Assembly (NCBI GenBank): GCA_043228905.1
Contig: JBHGNT010000017.1
Location: 3,534,001 to 3,598,000 of the forward strand
Source: Azolla caroliniana
Taxonomy: Eukaryota; Plantae; Polypodiophyta
Length of the DNA: 64,000 nucleotides
Direction: 5' to 3'
Below the pieces are notes generated by a model. The model was not told the DNA's origin, did not search any database, and worked only from the letters and a program-made list of their open reading frames with translations. Made by a program: the position numbers and the translations under genes. This document shows positions 51,969-64,000 of this stretch, piece after piece. How positions within the stretch are numbered: position 1 is the first letter of the stretch; each line of letters starts with the position of its first letter.

Positions 51969-54900
51969 ATTAATAGATGTAAAGAAAGTAAAATGATGCG
52001 ACCAAAATAAAGGCGATGCTAATAATGGTTTATGTACACATTAAGGAATAAGTTATAACATGAGGAAACAAACATATAACTATATAATGCAATCAAAATA
52101 ACAATGTTAAAAGAAACTCATGTATTATTATGTATATAGATCAAAAGGGAAAATGGAATGAATAAATGACCTAAATCATAATGTGTAATTATGCATATGT
52201 TGTGAGGAACATACATGGCACCACAATGTTGGTATGGTTCATAAAAGGAGATATAGATGCATTTAACAAAAAGCAAGTCAATATATATCTAGCAAACTTA
52301 ACGAAGAGGCATTTTAACATATCTTGAAATATAAAAAACAACTATTGTAAGCACCAAACCGCGAATGAATTTCTTCATACAAGGCATATAATGAAAGGAA
52401 AATGTTTTGTTGTGAAGTTCTTTACAAGATTGCATACGTTCATCTAAATTGTTTCACAATAAAAAAAATACTAAGGAAATTAGATCATGCGTGTTTAGGA
52501 AGCCATAAAAAGAACAATATCTTTTGTCTAACACTAACTAATTCAGTTAGTTTTGCATGTCGCATATTGGACCATAGTTTGATGACTATCATGAAGTTAG
52601 TGAATTATTCATGAGTATATGGATAACGGCCATGGGGTAGGATCAAGTTATCCCTTACGGACAATTGTCTCACAAATTTCTAGTAGTTTTGATGAATCAC
52701 CTCGAATACCTTAAAGAAATGAAATATACATATGAAGACAAGGAGATATGTATCTTAATTTAGTGCCTTACATAGAAGTTAGTACCTTTAGGCTCTATCC
52801 ATGAATGGGAAAGGAAAACAATAAAGGAACATGTTTTCAAATATCGCATGATTATAGCCTACATGTATTGATGAGATAGATATTGGTAAGCATCCCAACT
52901 TTAAATTTCAATTTGGATTGAACCTTCACTTTTATGCTAACAACATCAATTCATGATTTGTATTGAGATATGACAAACAAATTAAAGCCCATCCAATTCC
53001 ACATGATCTCGCTAATAACTTACAAGCTTCTCATTGCTCCCATTCAAGCAATATTTCATGCTCTTCCAATGCTGGGGGAATCATTACCTTGTTTGTGGAG
53101 CTAAGAGTTTGCAACTTTACTCCTCAAAGGACATCAATGTCTTCCACTTCCACTTCTTTTTCAAACATCAATTGATACTTTAGTCTTATATTTGTGGATG
53201 TTTATGATCATCAGTCACATGAAATCTTTGAGGTAAGGCATTTTGTGGTGAACCCTTACATGTTTGTGTTATTTGTGGAACAAAAGGACTTGGATTGTAA
53301 GATTCAACATAACTCATAAAAGAAAATATATATCGTGCAAATATCTACTCAAACACAACTCACACGGTTAATCTATCGATTGGTCGTACTATTGAAAGTA
53401 CATTCATGTAAACTAGAGTGTGTTAGGGTAGTGTGTGTGTTACTTTATCGAAAAAATATTTTTACAATTGTTAAAATAAAGAAGAAAAGGAACTCATTGT
53501 TTACTTAAATCAATATTTTACTTAGAAAAATGACATTGTTTGCTATTACGAATGTGTCCAAGCTTATAAGCTAGCTAGGAATACATTTGTTATGAGGTTG
53601 AGCATGTAAAGAATATGGATCATTCACGACGACACGCAAATGAATGTCAATGATAACACGATGGTTTATCATAACTATTGATTTCAATGATGATGATGCA
53701 CAATGAAAAACACATGGTTAGTATACACCCATCCTCTCCACTATCCACACACACAAGCGCGCGCACACGGTGGCTATGTGTGTCATGGATATGCTAAAGA
53801 TCTGTTATAAAGTCCCATTTGACAACCTAGCTAGCGAGCTCATAACCAATATATTTGGTATATGTATCAATAATATTCCCGATGTAGAGAATAAAGCAAA
53901 TGCAAGAAAGAGAATAAATGTTGCACTATGCACTTGGGCAACACAAATGTCAATCAAGACATCTGTAGTGTAGTCATATTGAGTCAAATAAGTTACAGAT
54001 ACATATATGGTTAGTGTGTGCCCAAGCACAAAAACAACTCACAATGATAAACATACACTCATGATCGACATTGCCTCGATCTTTCTTATGAAAAGTATAC
54101 AAGTTATGCACACACCTTTCTCTTTCCCGCACATTGACGTCTAATATGAGTCGATAAACTAATTAGGTCGATATGCCTCATCAATTCGATCAATAATGGA
54201 ATTTCCTAGCATAAACAATGAATTAGTATGGTGTACTAATGGATTGAGCATACACACATGCACACACACAAATGTCAGTGGTTGTAATGGATGGCTTATG
54301 GATCATATGCTCTTCCTCTTCGATTGATAATGCAATGGTGACACAAAAGCTTGACTTTGGGCATTGTGATGCCATACTTGTATGTTGTGTGTTTCTTGAC
54401 ACAATGGAATGACCCACACCAATATCAGCCTTGGTCCATGCCGCTACTATGGTAGCAGCGGGAATTTTTCTTATAGTGCAAATATTTGACTTTTTAATTA
54501 TGTTAAGTTTTTTTTTTGTCCGAAAGAAAGTTGGATATTGCTAGCATGAAAACGAAAGAATACTAATTATTTGCTCCAACACACCCATTCCATTGTACAT
54601 AGTTCCAAGATGAAGGAGGAAAAGACAACTTCAATAAATAAATAAATAAATAAATGTTCATAGAGTTAAACCCCTATATTCCACAATGGCATCTAGTGAA
54701 TTAAGAGATATGTATAAAGTATGATATAAAGAGGTGAGAAATTTGGGTTTCAAACCCAAAGACATAGTGTTTGTGGGGTAATGACTTACCAATTAAATTA
54801 TCCTCTTTGAAGGTCAAATATGACCTATGAGACCAAAAATATTATGTGTGAAAGTGAGTGGCGATTCTCGATCTCGATGTTCAAGAGCTTTACCAATGAA

Positions 54901-55310
54901 TGTTGCAATCAAGAGTGCATGTCATTGTGCCTATAAGAGAAATTTGTGCAAGGATTGGGCTTGGTTAAAGATGTGTGGAAAGCATGGTTGAATATGATCA
55001 AAGGCAGAGCATTGTATCAAAGTGTGATACTCAAACTCTTCAACTTGTTTAGAGGGCAAAGTGTGCATAGTCGACCCCTCTCATCACTCGTGCCCCAACG
55101 CCCCGTCTGACATCGCAATGCATGTGAGCTAAGTCGCATGGAAGCAATGCTTCAAATGGTAGACAACGGGATGGGCTCTAACATGTATCGATCTGTATGG
55201 TTCCCCCATTTTGCGAAGAATATGGTTTTGTAGAGAGAGAGGGAGAGAGAGACTAAGAAGTGTTGTAACTAAGTGGATTTTACATACAATTAATATAATT
55301 GTGTGCTTTT

Positions 55311-55344
<34 letters not shown>

Positions 55345-55351
<7 letters not shown>

Positions 55352-55770
55352 GAAACAATAAAAACATTAGATTTTCTCTATTTCACTCCATGCACTAAGT
55401 GAGATAGTGCCACCCCAAACTTCCACTCCATAAAGCAACACTTCAACCACCATAACATTGAATTGCATCAATCTCACTTCCCATCTCAAGTATCACCTTG
55501 GTTGCATTGATTCTTGAACATATAATAACTATTCCAACCCACTTGAAGTCACGAATCAGAATCATAATATACATTCCACCTTTTTGTTGATGAGACAGAC
55601 ATTAATATCTAGGTATTTGAAGGTTTGCACCACTTCTACTGGTTGTCCCTTGTATGTAAAAGTGGGGTAGTGTCTTGGTTGTATTGCCTTTATTGCCGTC
55701 ATTTTTGTTTTCTCCATGTTAACAATTAGCCCACTAATTTGATAGAATGTGTCCAATACATCAAGTAGAA
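55345..55770 (-). mobile_element. Short decayed non-LTR retrotransposon RT C-terminal fragment next to a (GA)n tract
   Basis: ORF 55562-55786 contains F.QISGL.VNMEKTK....FTYKGQPVEVVQTFKYL, typical of LINE RT domain 7 and the thumb. Confidence 0.7.
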
Positions 55771-56032
55771 ATGGGGCTGGTGGCATGGTTGGAAGATATG
55801 ACTTTCTCTTCTAGCTTAATTGGCCAATTCAAGTTATTGCCAACAATGATGAATATCCGAAGGCAATCTTAGCGCCATCAAGTTGTATGTATATATTACA
55901 TTGTCTCGTGCTATCTTCGATTTGTAGAGGTTCTTAAAGTTATCGCATGCAAGAAATTCTAATACTTTGATAGGTAGTATCAACACTACCCGTAGTAGAG
56001 AGTGTGCAACATATATATTGACGAAAGTACCC

Positions 56033-56275
56033 TAGGTATTAGAACTTGGCACCGGCTCGGCCCAAGCCTAAACCAAACCGTTAACTTTGTTTAAATGGTT
56101 TGGCGGTTCGTTTTGGGTTTGAGCATCCGGTAACCGGTTTGAACTCGCTTTGGGAGAGCTCAAGCCGAACGGAATCGTTATGGGCAAAGCCGATTACGGT
56201 TTAATCGCTTTGGATAAACCGGTTCCTAAATCTCCCAAACTGGTTACGCCGAAACCGAACCGTTGCTGATTCCTT
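56033..56275. mobile_element. hAT-like MITE with AACCG/CGGTT subterminal repeats (copy 1, left end degraded)
   Basis: Dense aaccg/cggtt motifs. The right end gccgaaaccgaaccgttgctgattcct matches the element at 63102-63408. Confidence 0.75.
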
Positions 56276-56653
56276 TGCATTTCAATCAGACATATATGTA
56301 GTAGAACATCTGTTTGACAGTGAAGCCATTACGAATCAAGGGAAAATTAGGACAAAACCAGAGAACACACTCTATCTCCTGTCTCTCGTCTTCTTTCATT
56401 CCATGACAACATTGGTATGCTCTCTCTCGTTCAACTAGTGTATCTGATCTTTTGAAGGTAAATTCTGGTCATGACCTTATTCTGGCCGAGTTAAGCAAGG
56501 AATCCTGATGCATAAACCCATATCTTATCTGATTTTTATTTCATATTCCTGATAAAGATCTTGAAGTGTTTTCTAATATGGTTGAAATACCTCTCTCTCC
56601 ATCTTCTTTTCTCTTTGCACATTCTTTTGCTTGTTTTCCAATTTGATGCAAAT

Positions 56654-56689
<36 letters not shown>

Positions 56690-56829
56690 ATGTGCGTATT
56701 TTAATGTATTTTGGTAATGCATTAATGCATATCTTAATGTTATAATGAAGGTGAATTTGGTTTTGCTTGAAAAGCTAGCGTAAAGTTTTCTTTTTCCTTG
56801 GTATATTATCGTCTGTCTTATTGTAAATA

Positions 56830-57940
56830 TTGAGAAACAGAGAGATACACGCAGAAGAATAGAGTAGGCCATTCTTGGCCGTGGAAACGTTGAGAAAGAT
56901 GATATTGTGTCTAAACAAGGGTTTCTCATGCCTCCCATGGTTTCCTCGCAAAATCTTGCCCTAATCTTGCAAGGAAGTTGCAAGAGAGAGAGAATAGATT
57001 TTTTGCCCCGAGCTATGGCTATGTACACCCATATCTACCAGAGCAGTCTGCGAATTCATGTATCTGAAGGAAACTATTTAGTATCAATGCTAATTGATCA
57101 GTTATGGATCCATGCCTAATGCACCAAATCCTTTCGGTTTGGTAATCTATGAGAACAAATCCACATGGAGATCCCTTGTTATTGGCTATGGTAAGTTTTC
57201 TGACAACCCATATCACGTTTTTCTTCTATACAAGAAAATGGAAGAAAATGATGGTATCCATGCTGATGCACCACTGTGTTTGGCATTGACCAAGAGCATG
57301 ATTTATATGATGAGATTTTTCAGTATGATATGTGGATGAGAATGTTTTTGTTTATGAGGGTGGATGTCTCAAAAAAGCACGAGAAATTTCTGACAAACCA
57401 CCTTCAGTTCTTCAAGATGTAAACTTGAGGTATGATTTTAGCTGTAATGATATATCAAGCATCAATGTGGGAAGAAGTCATCTATTATTTCGATACCATG
57501 CTATTTGAGGATATTTATCTGGATGAGAACACCTTCCTCTGTGTGTTAAGGGCTTGTCGTAGCACCAGAAAACATAATGAAAGGGAAAGAAATGCTCGTT
57601 GAGGCTGTAAAACAAGGCTCCGAAGTAGAGGATTTTCTTGGAAACATATTGATTGAGATGCATGCAAAAACCAATTTACTTGCCAAAATAGATCATATCG
57701 TTTTACTACATCAATTCCAGGGTATGGTTAGATGGACATCATTGATTGCAGGATATGCCAAAATTGAGCATTATATGGAAGCCCTATGCTTTCTAGAAGA
57801 AATACAGCAAGATGTTATCTCTACTGATGCAATTACATGTCTTTCATTATTTCCTCAAATTTTCTTACTCAACTCTCTTCGAGCAATTATTATGTGTTAT
57901 TTTGAAAATTGCCTGGTCAATTCATCTCCTTTTCTCGATT
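56830..57940 (+). pseudogene. Degenerate PLS-PPR gene copy
   Basis: Frameshifted PPR motifs: LILQGSCKRER..AMYTHI...GNYLVSML, SYGSMPNA...TWRSLVIGYGK, LGNILIEMHAK...WTSLIAGYAK. Confidence 0.85.
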
Positions 57941-58862
57941 AAATATGCTATTTCCTTACATTTAAAACGGTTTGGTGAAATTGAAACATTGTTAGACTTA
58001 TTCAAAGAGACAGGATTACTTCTGCTATCCACAATTCAGCTTGAGATACGAGAAATTTAGCCAAAGTTTACAGGGAGAAGTTGGGTTATTTCTTTGATCC
58101 ATTTCAATAGCTCATTTCTTTAATGTTTTGGAAAAAGAATACATATAATAAATCAGTCATTTGTGTACAAATGGACTCCATAATGGATGATGTGAAACAA
58201 ACGAAACATTTTGAAAAATTATCCTCCCAAAAGATCAATGGTCCATGTATAATGTGGACAAAAATTATGTGAAAGGGAGTAAAAAGCCCAAGATATATGA
58301 GAGGTATTAATTCCATCTCATTAATTTGAGAACATGCGAACCATTGCTAAATCTGTGTGGTACACTTTTGAATGTGATCTAAAATTTGATAAACAGTTAA
58401 GTTTTTTGCATTTTTTGTAATGTTTTTGCATATGGAATGTGTCTGCATATTTCACTATTCATGCATAGTAGTTGAAACTGAAATTCACCATCAAGTTATT
58501 TTACTATGAAACATTCATTATCTTCTGCTCATTATCTCATGCATGGGATTCATAATTTTATCAATGCATTCACAAGTTTATGAGACAGCCTACCATGTTT
58601 ATGCTATATATTAAATTTCTTTGTAAGCTTGATCATTGTTTTGTGTTTTAAACACCAATAAACACATAGGTGCTCATGTTTTATATAAAATCTTGTTCTT
58701 GATTTGTTTTTCATATACATAAGTTATAAACATGAATTATTTGTTATGTTTATGATGTTTAAATAGAGCATCTAATCTTGTTTGTTTGTATAATATTTAA
58801 GTATCGCAGCTTTCATAGTTCTTTTAGAGGAGAGCCAGGATCTTGACGAAGTGGATGGAGAT

Positions 58863-60281
58863 ATGGCCCACAGATTGCGATCGCTATATGGTTTATTTGC
58901 ATCTACTAGAGCCTCTTCACGCATCCTCCAAAGAAGAAGCATCTCCATACCCCCTGGGGAACGAGAGAAAACGGTTTGTTTGTGAACTTTTTAAAGTTGA
59001 AACTTTGGATCCTACATTATTGTTTATGATAATGAATAGCGATAAAAAACACTAAGATTACTTGTAACACTTGTTTGATATTGGCTAGAGCATCCCTAAT
59101 GTTCTGACAAAATTAGGAAATATCCCTTTATAGTACAAAATGCAGTACCATTACCAAGGGGTATTGCATGATTTTCTAGAAACTTATGGATATGGTGGTA
59201 AATTTCTGAAAAGTTGCAGATTTTGGTATTTTTGTCCTGATTAATATTCAGGCTTCATTCTACACACTGGTTTATCTTTGGTTGTCACCTGACAAAGAGT
59301 GTTGAAGTCATTCCCAAGAGTTGCCAAGAGTTGAACTCGCAAGAACCCCATGGAACCAAATTTCTTCACCACAAGTCCAAAACAATGTCTTCATATGAAA
59401 ATGACAACAATTTGAGCTGCACTAAAACGTTTGAGCATGTTGATTGATTGTGTAGTTGTTTGGATAAATATTAGGTCAATGACCATACTGAACAAAACTA
59501 CAAAAAACAGTCTCCCACCATGAGTCTTTTCATATTATAGTGCTATACTTCAAACTAAACATGTGGTAATCAATCTAATGATGAAGTGGAAAATAGAGAA
59601 TACACAGACCTAAATTCAATCAAGTAACAATGGAGAGGGTTGATTACAACAGAGGGTTTCATACAATGAGAACTTCTTCTTATGTGCTTCTGAGGTAGAC
59701 CACTTAATGGTGAAGTGAAGAATACAGAACTCTCTAAGGTTCCCTAAATTCAATATGTTCCTTACTGTCTGCTACTTCCAATGCTCCACTCTTTCTGTTA
59801 ATCACATGCAATAGTATAGACTGAGCTTGTTGGCACCAATAGTGTATTGTAAACGGGTTCCATTAAAGTAGAGATCATGTATGACTAATATTTATTACAC
59901 ACATGCATACAAATCATTCAGCTTCTTTCGAGACATTGATCTAGTATTTTTCACTTTCTCTAGTAAAATTTGTTTATGCATTTATGAAGTTTGTTTTTCT
60001 TCTCACTAGCTTCTAGAGGAGGATTCAGCTCTTAAACATTTCAAATCAAGCAAAGAGACGGCGCGTCGTGTGAAGAGACTCGGTGATGTTCTTGTCATTC
60101 TTGTCAGTGCTGGTAAGAATCTCGCAGTGTAGAAAGGCAAAAACAAAAATCTTGTTTTTTCTATACAATTTTCGTTGAGTTCACTGATTATTTAATTTTT
60201 TATTGTTTAGGTTGTATTTATCAAATATATGACGTGACTCAGCAGCGGAGAGTGGAAAGATTAGAAACGAGCCAGAAGTAG
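58863..60281 (+). CDS. SDH7: Succinate dehydrogenase subunit 7 (plant-specific complex II subunit), 94 aa, 3 exons
   Basis: Exons 58863-58973, 60010-60112 and 60211-60281 with GT-AG borders. Protein ...RRSISIPPGEREKTLLEEDSALKHFKSSKETARRVKRLGDVLVILVSAGCIYQIY...* matches the SDH7 pattern (PG.REK.LL.ED.AL..FKS.K.....K..GDVL...V.AGC.Y.IY). Not present in the ORF track. Confidence 0.9.
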
Positions 60282-61488
60282 ATGAGGCTGAATGTTGCCG
60301 AACGATCTGGTTAATATACATATATTGGGAAGAAAGATTGTTAATATACATCTCTAATAATGAGAAATCATCTTTGGTGAAAGAGTTAGATTATGACACA
60401 TCAAATAATGAGAGATGTTTATCTTGATTGATAAGCGGTATTAGAAAAGAGACAAAAGGTTTTATTCATTTTTCATAACGGTTATACAAGGAAAACATGC
60501 CGAGCGTCACAAATGATGGTGCAAGTTATTGCTCTTGTTGAACGTTATTTTTAAACTAGGAGTCGCCTCTTGGTGATAATAGTGAATTTGTTAGTTTGTG
60601 AAATACCAGAGTTTCTTGTCTAGGAAGAAAGTAGGAAATTTTGAATTTCGTTATTTTTATCATTCAGATACCCTTGTAATGATTTCAATCAAGTATGGTA
60701 ATTTTAAATGGATCTGTTTATCTTTCTACAAATGTCCCTGTAGCTTTTTTCTTGGATACCCATTTTTAGTTAGTGATTAATTTAATGAGGAATATAACTC
60801 GATCTTGTAACAATGACCATGTCCAGTGTTAGTATGCATTTTGTTTCACAATATGACGTTATAAGATGGATCTAGTTTGAGAGATGTCATGGCTTGACAT
60901 TTTATAAAATGTTTTGTTTATGACTTGAGTGGTATATTTTCCATCCAAGCCCATGGGTTCCAAAACAAAGGAACAATTGAACTTATAAGTGTCTTTGGTC
61001 CATGATACATTTGATAGGAGTCCATTATTTGGGAGGTGAAATATATATACCTCAATTCATGGTTATGGTGTGCATGTTCTTGACAAATGGGATGAAGTTA
61101 ATGAAAGGTAAACAAAATAAAAAAGAATAATCTTGTGGTGACCTAGTATTTTAAGAAGACATACAGGAAGTTTTAGAGAGTAATGCAAAATACATGCAAC
61201 TTGCAATAAGCACGTGTTCTCCAAGAAGTAAGAGAAGTCAACAAAAGTTCAATTGAGCTAAGGTGATGATGTCCAATAGATTCACATAATTTCATACACA
61301 AAAAGTATTGACAATAATGTTTGGTGCTAATAATGATGACCACATCCCTTTGTGTTAATCACTTATAGTTGGATGCATCTTTAATATAAAATATCCTTTC
61401 ATTTAATGTCAAGAACATGAAAAAGACACTGAAAAGATTACAAATATCAACAAACAAGATGACTAAAGAATTGACTATCTAATGTTTT

Positions 61489-62498
61489 TTTATTTATTTA
61501 AAAGTAAAGATATCCTATCATTAGTATAAACAATTTACAATATTTTGAACCTCTATGTGATTGGCGGGGGAAACAACCATTTCGGCGGCTGAAAATGCCA
61601 ATAAAGAGTGCCATAATTGGATGTCAAGAATGGAGTAGCTGTCTAGATACTAAGAAACAGACTCCGTTGAGCAATTTTAGCATCAGAATCTCCAACTATA
61701 CCATCCCATTGACCTTTCAAAGTATGAACTATGTCTAACCAAATGCTTGAAACCACTTCAGCTGGTGGTGTTTTAATTTGCTAGAAAACGAGAGAACACC
61801 TTGCCTTCCAAATGTGATATACTACAGTACTACTCAGTATCTCCCATACTGGTTGGACTTCCTTCCTTACTCCTGAAAACTGTAATGACAGCAGTGGTAA
61901 TGTATGAACACTTCCATATTTAGTGAAAAAACCATGGTCCATAGATTCATTGTCATAATGGAACACATCACGGACAAGTGATGTCCAAACCACCATGCCC
62001 CAAGTGAAAACCAATGGGGGAAAATAATTAGCAAAAATTCTAAGGAGTCGTTGCCATATCTGTTGAGACTCAATACATTCCCATAAACAATGTTTTTGAG
62101 TTTCCATTTGAAATTGACATCGAATACAATAAGAAGATACTCCCATTCTATGCAACCATGTGCCTACCGGCTAGGCCTGATGTACAACTAACCATTGTAC
62201 ATGTAATATTTTTTGTGGCTGTTTTCTTGCCCATAAAATAACCCAGAATTTTGCAAGGAACTGGGGAGTAATACCTTGTTGATTCCAATATTGAGATGCA
62301 GCTGGCAGCACATCACGTGTATCTGAAAGTACATGCCTTCCCAACTGTACAGAATATTGGAAGAAATTGAACTTGTTACCTGTGTAAGGATGTCCACTGA
62401 TAATCAATTGGGTCCCAATCTAATCTGAATATCGCTTTTTTAGCTAACACCCACAACTTCCAATGTGGCCTTATTTCCTCTATCATCGGTTTTTTAGC
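61489..62498 (-). mobile_element. 5'-truncated L1-type LINE (zf-RVT end) with A-rich tail and TSD
   Basis: ORFs 62171-62407 and 61781-62155 (FFQYSVQLGR, CIRC...ETQKHCLWEC, IWKARCSLVF) with in-frame stops. Tail (taaa)n. TSD tgactatctaatgtttt (61472-61488) vs tgactgtctaatgtttt (62499-62515). Confidence 0.92.
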
Positions 62499-63101
62499 TG
62501 ACTGTCTAATGTTTTGTCATTGTTGACACATAAATTGTCTTTGTGGTGAAATGTATTCTAGAATACATGGGATCAATGAGTTTTTCCTTCATACAAATGG
62601 TGGTTTTTGTTGTTTCTAATTCATATATTTCATGATTGAAAGAGTAGGCAAGGATTGGCATTGGAAGATTATATTTCTTTAAATGAAAGGATAGATAGAA
62701 GTGAAATATACACATATTAAGGATCCATGAGAAAAATGGATGCTTAAGAGCCAAAGCATTACATTGGGTTCCTTTTTTATTTAATTCTATATGCAATGAT
62801 ATCATTTTCCTTGTCATGAGCATACACCATCGTTGAAAATTGAAATTCTATCGTTAATAGGTTTGATTAGGCCAAAGAGAGGACATTTATCAATCTATGT
62901 TGACGAGCCCATATGGACAACCCTATAGTTTGCAAAAATCTTTTGTCTACATATAAAACCAAATGTTGATTAAATATTGATTTCATTAGCGACAACGTTC
63001 TACACTTAATTGTTTTTTCGACATAGCATAGGCATGGTGATTTCTTCGATGTAGCATAGCCATGTCCCTCCCTTGAATGTGCACCGCCACTTCACATGTA
63101 T

Positions 63102-63408
63102 TAGGAGTCGGCAATAGCTTGGCTCAAGCCTGAACCGAGCCGTTATACGGTTTGATAGTTTGACAGCTTAGTTCATCTTGGTTCAGGCTTGAGCCTCTTG
63201 AACCTGTTTGAGCTCAGTTTGGCAAGGCTCAAGTTGAACCTAACCGTTTAGGGACAAACCGTTTCCCAAACCGGTTAAGGCATGAACGGATTGACCAAAA
63301 CTAGATTAGCCAAACCAGTTAATCCTTAACCGGTTTAGGAACCGGTTCGGTTCAAGTTTGAAAAAGCCCAAACTGGATAAGCCGAAACCGAACCGTTACC
63401 TATTCCTA
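63102..63408. mobile_element. hAT-like MITE (copy 2)
   Basis: Imperfect TIRs TAGGAGTCGGCAA / TTACCTATTCCTA and many AACCG/CGGTT repeats. No clear TSD. Confidence 0.8.
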
Positions 63409-63639
63409 TAAAATTTGTCATGTATATGAATCACATACTAGGTAACAGGTATGACTGTTGACACTCATCTCGGAGGTCGAGATTCTTGTCATTGTTATGT
63501 TCGATCGATCGATCTATCTCTATTCATTTCTGTACTAATTACTTGTTACATTATGATTGGGTGAAAGTGGATTCGATTCTGCGCTCAATCCTGGTTACGA
63601 TATTATCTCCTCTCTTTTGCTCCCTCATGGTAAAGATTG

Positions 63640-64000
63640 AAGAACAGAGAGAAACAGAGTGTATCAGAAAGACACAAAGTAGGCCTTTCTTGGCCGTGAA
63701 ATCCTTCAGAAAGATGATATTGTGCCTACACCCTCCCGTGGCTTCATCTCAGAAGCTTACATTAGTGGTGCGTGAAAATTGCAAGAGAGAAAGAAAAGCT
63801 TCTTTTGGCCTAAGCTATGGCAATGCATATCCATATCTGCAAAAGTGGCTTGCAAAGTCATGAAATAGTAGGGAACTACTTAGTCCCAATGCTGGTCAGT
63901 TATGGATCCATGTCTCATGCTCAAAAAGCTTTTGATTTACTCTCATTGAGCTCTCTCATTATTGGCTATGCCAAGCATTCCGACGACCCACATCGTGCTT
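63640..64000 (+). pseudogene. 5' part of a second PLS-PPR copy paralogous to 56830-57940 (runs off the right edge; frameshift visible)
   Basis: Aligns by eye with 56830-57215 (agtaggcc.ttcttggccgtg.aa...agaaagatgatattgtg; ttgcaagagaga; gaactacttagt.c.aatgct; cagttatggatccatg). Translates AMHIHICKSGLQSHEIVGNYLVPMLVSYGSMSHAQKAFD after a frameshift. Confidence 0.8.

Noticed and set aside
52900-53260. Possible hAT dimerisation-domain remnant
   Set aside because: Resemblance limited to a few residues; not supportable without a search.

Overview
This is eukaryotic plant nuclear DNA with spliceosomal introns, SSRs and nested transposons. The abundance and style of the PLS-PPR sequences suggest a fern or other seed-free plant (inference). 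Genes reconstructed by hand from splice sites: first coding exon of an ILITYHIA/GCN1-like gene (-, runs off the left edge), an intact intronless ~1300-aa PLS-E PPR gene (+), a 3-exon CYSTM gene (-), an intronless ATL RING-H2 gene (+), a 12-exon YnbB/aluminium-resistance-family PLP enzyme gene (-), an 8-exon BTR1/NOVA-like KH gene (-) and a 3-exon SDH7 gene (+). There are also three degenerate PPR copies. Mobile DNA: a near full-length decayed L1-type LINE containing a solo LTR and a hAT-like non-autonomous element, two 5'-truncated LINEs with TSDs, a decayed Ty1/copia, two related hAT-like MITEs and small RT fragments. I cannot demonstrate a wholly new system. The best leads are: (1) a repeated 'MITE - short non-coding exon - PPR' unit, one copy of which appears to lie in the 5'-UTR intron of SDH7; (2) a PPR protein with systematically lengthened L motifs; (3) a minisatellite built from copies of the BTR1 splice acceptor/start codon; (4) two promoter tandem arrays of ABRE/G-box cores. 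All homology calls are from memory of protein families; no database searches were run.
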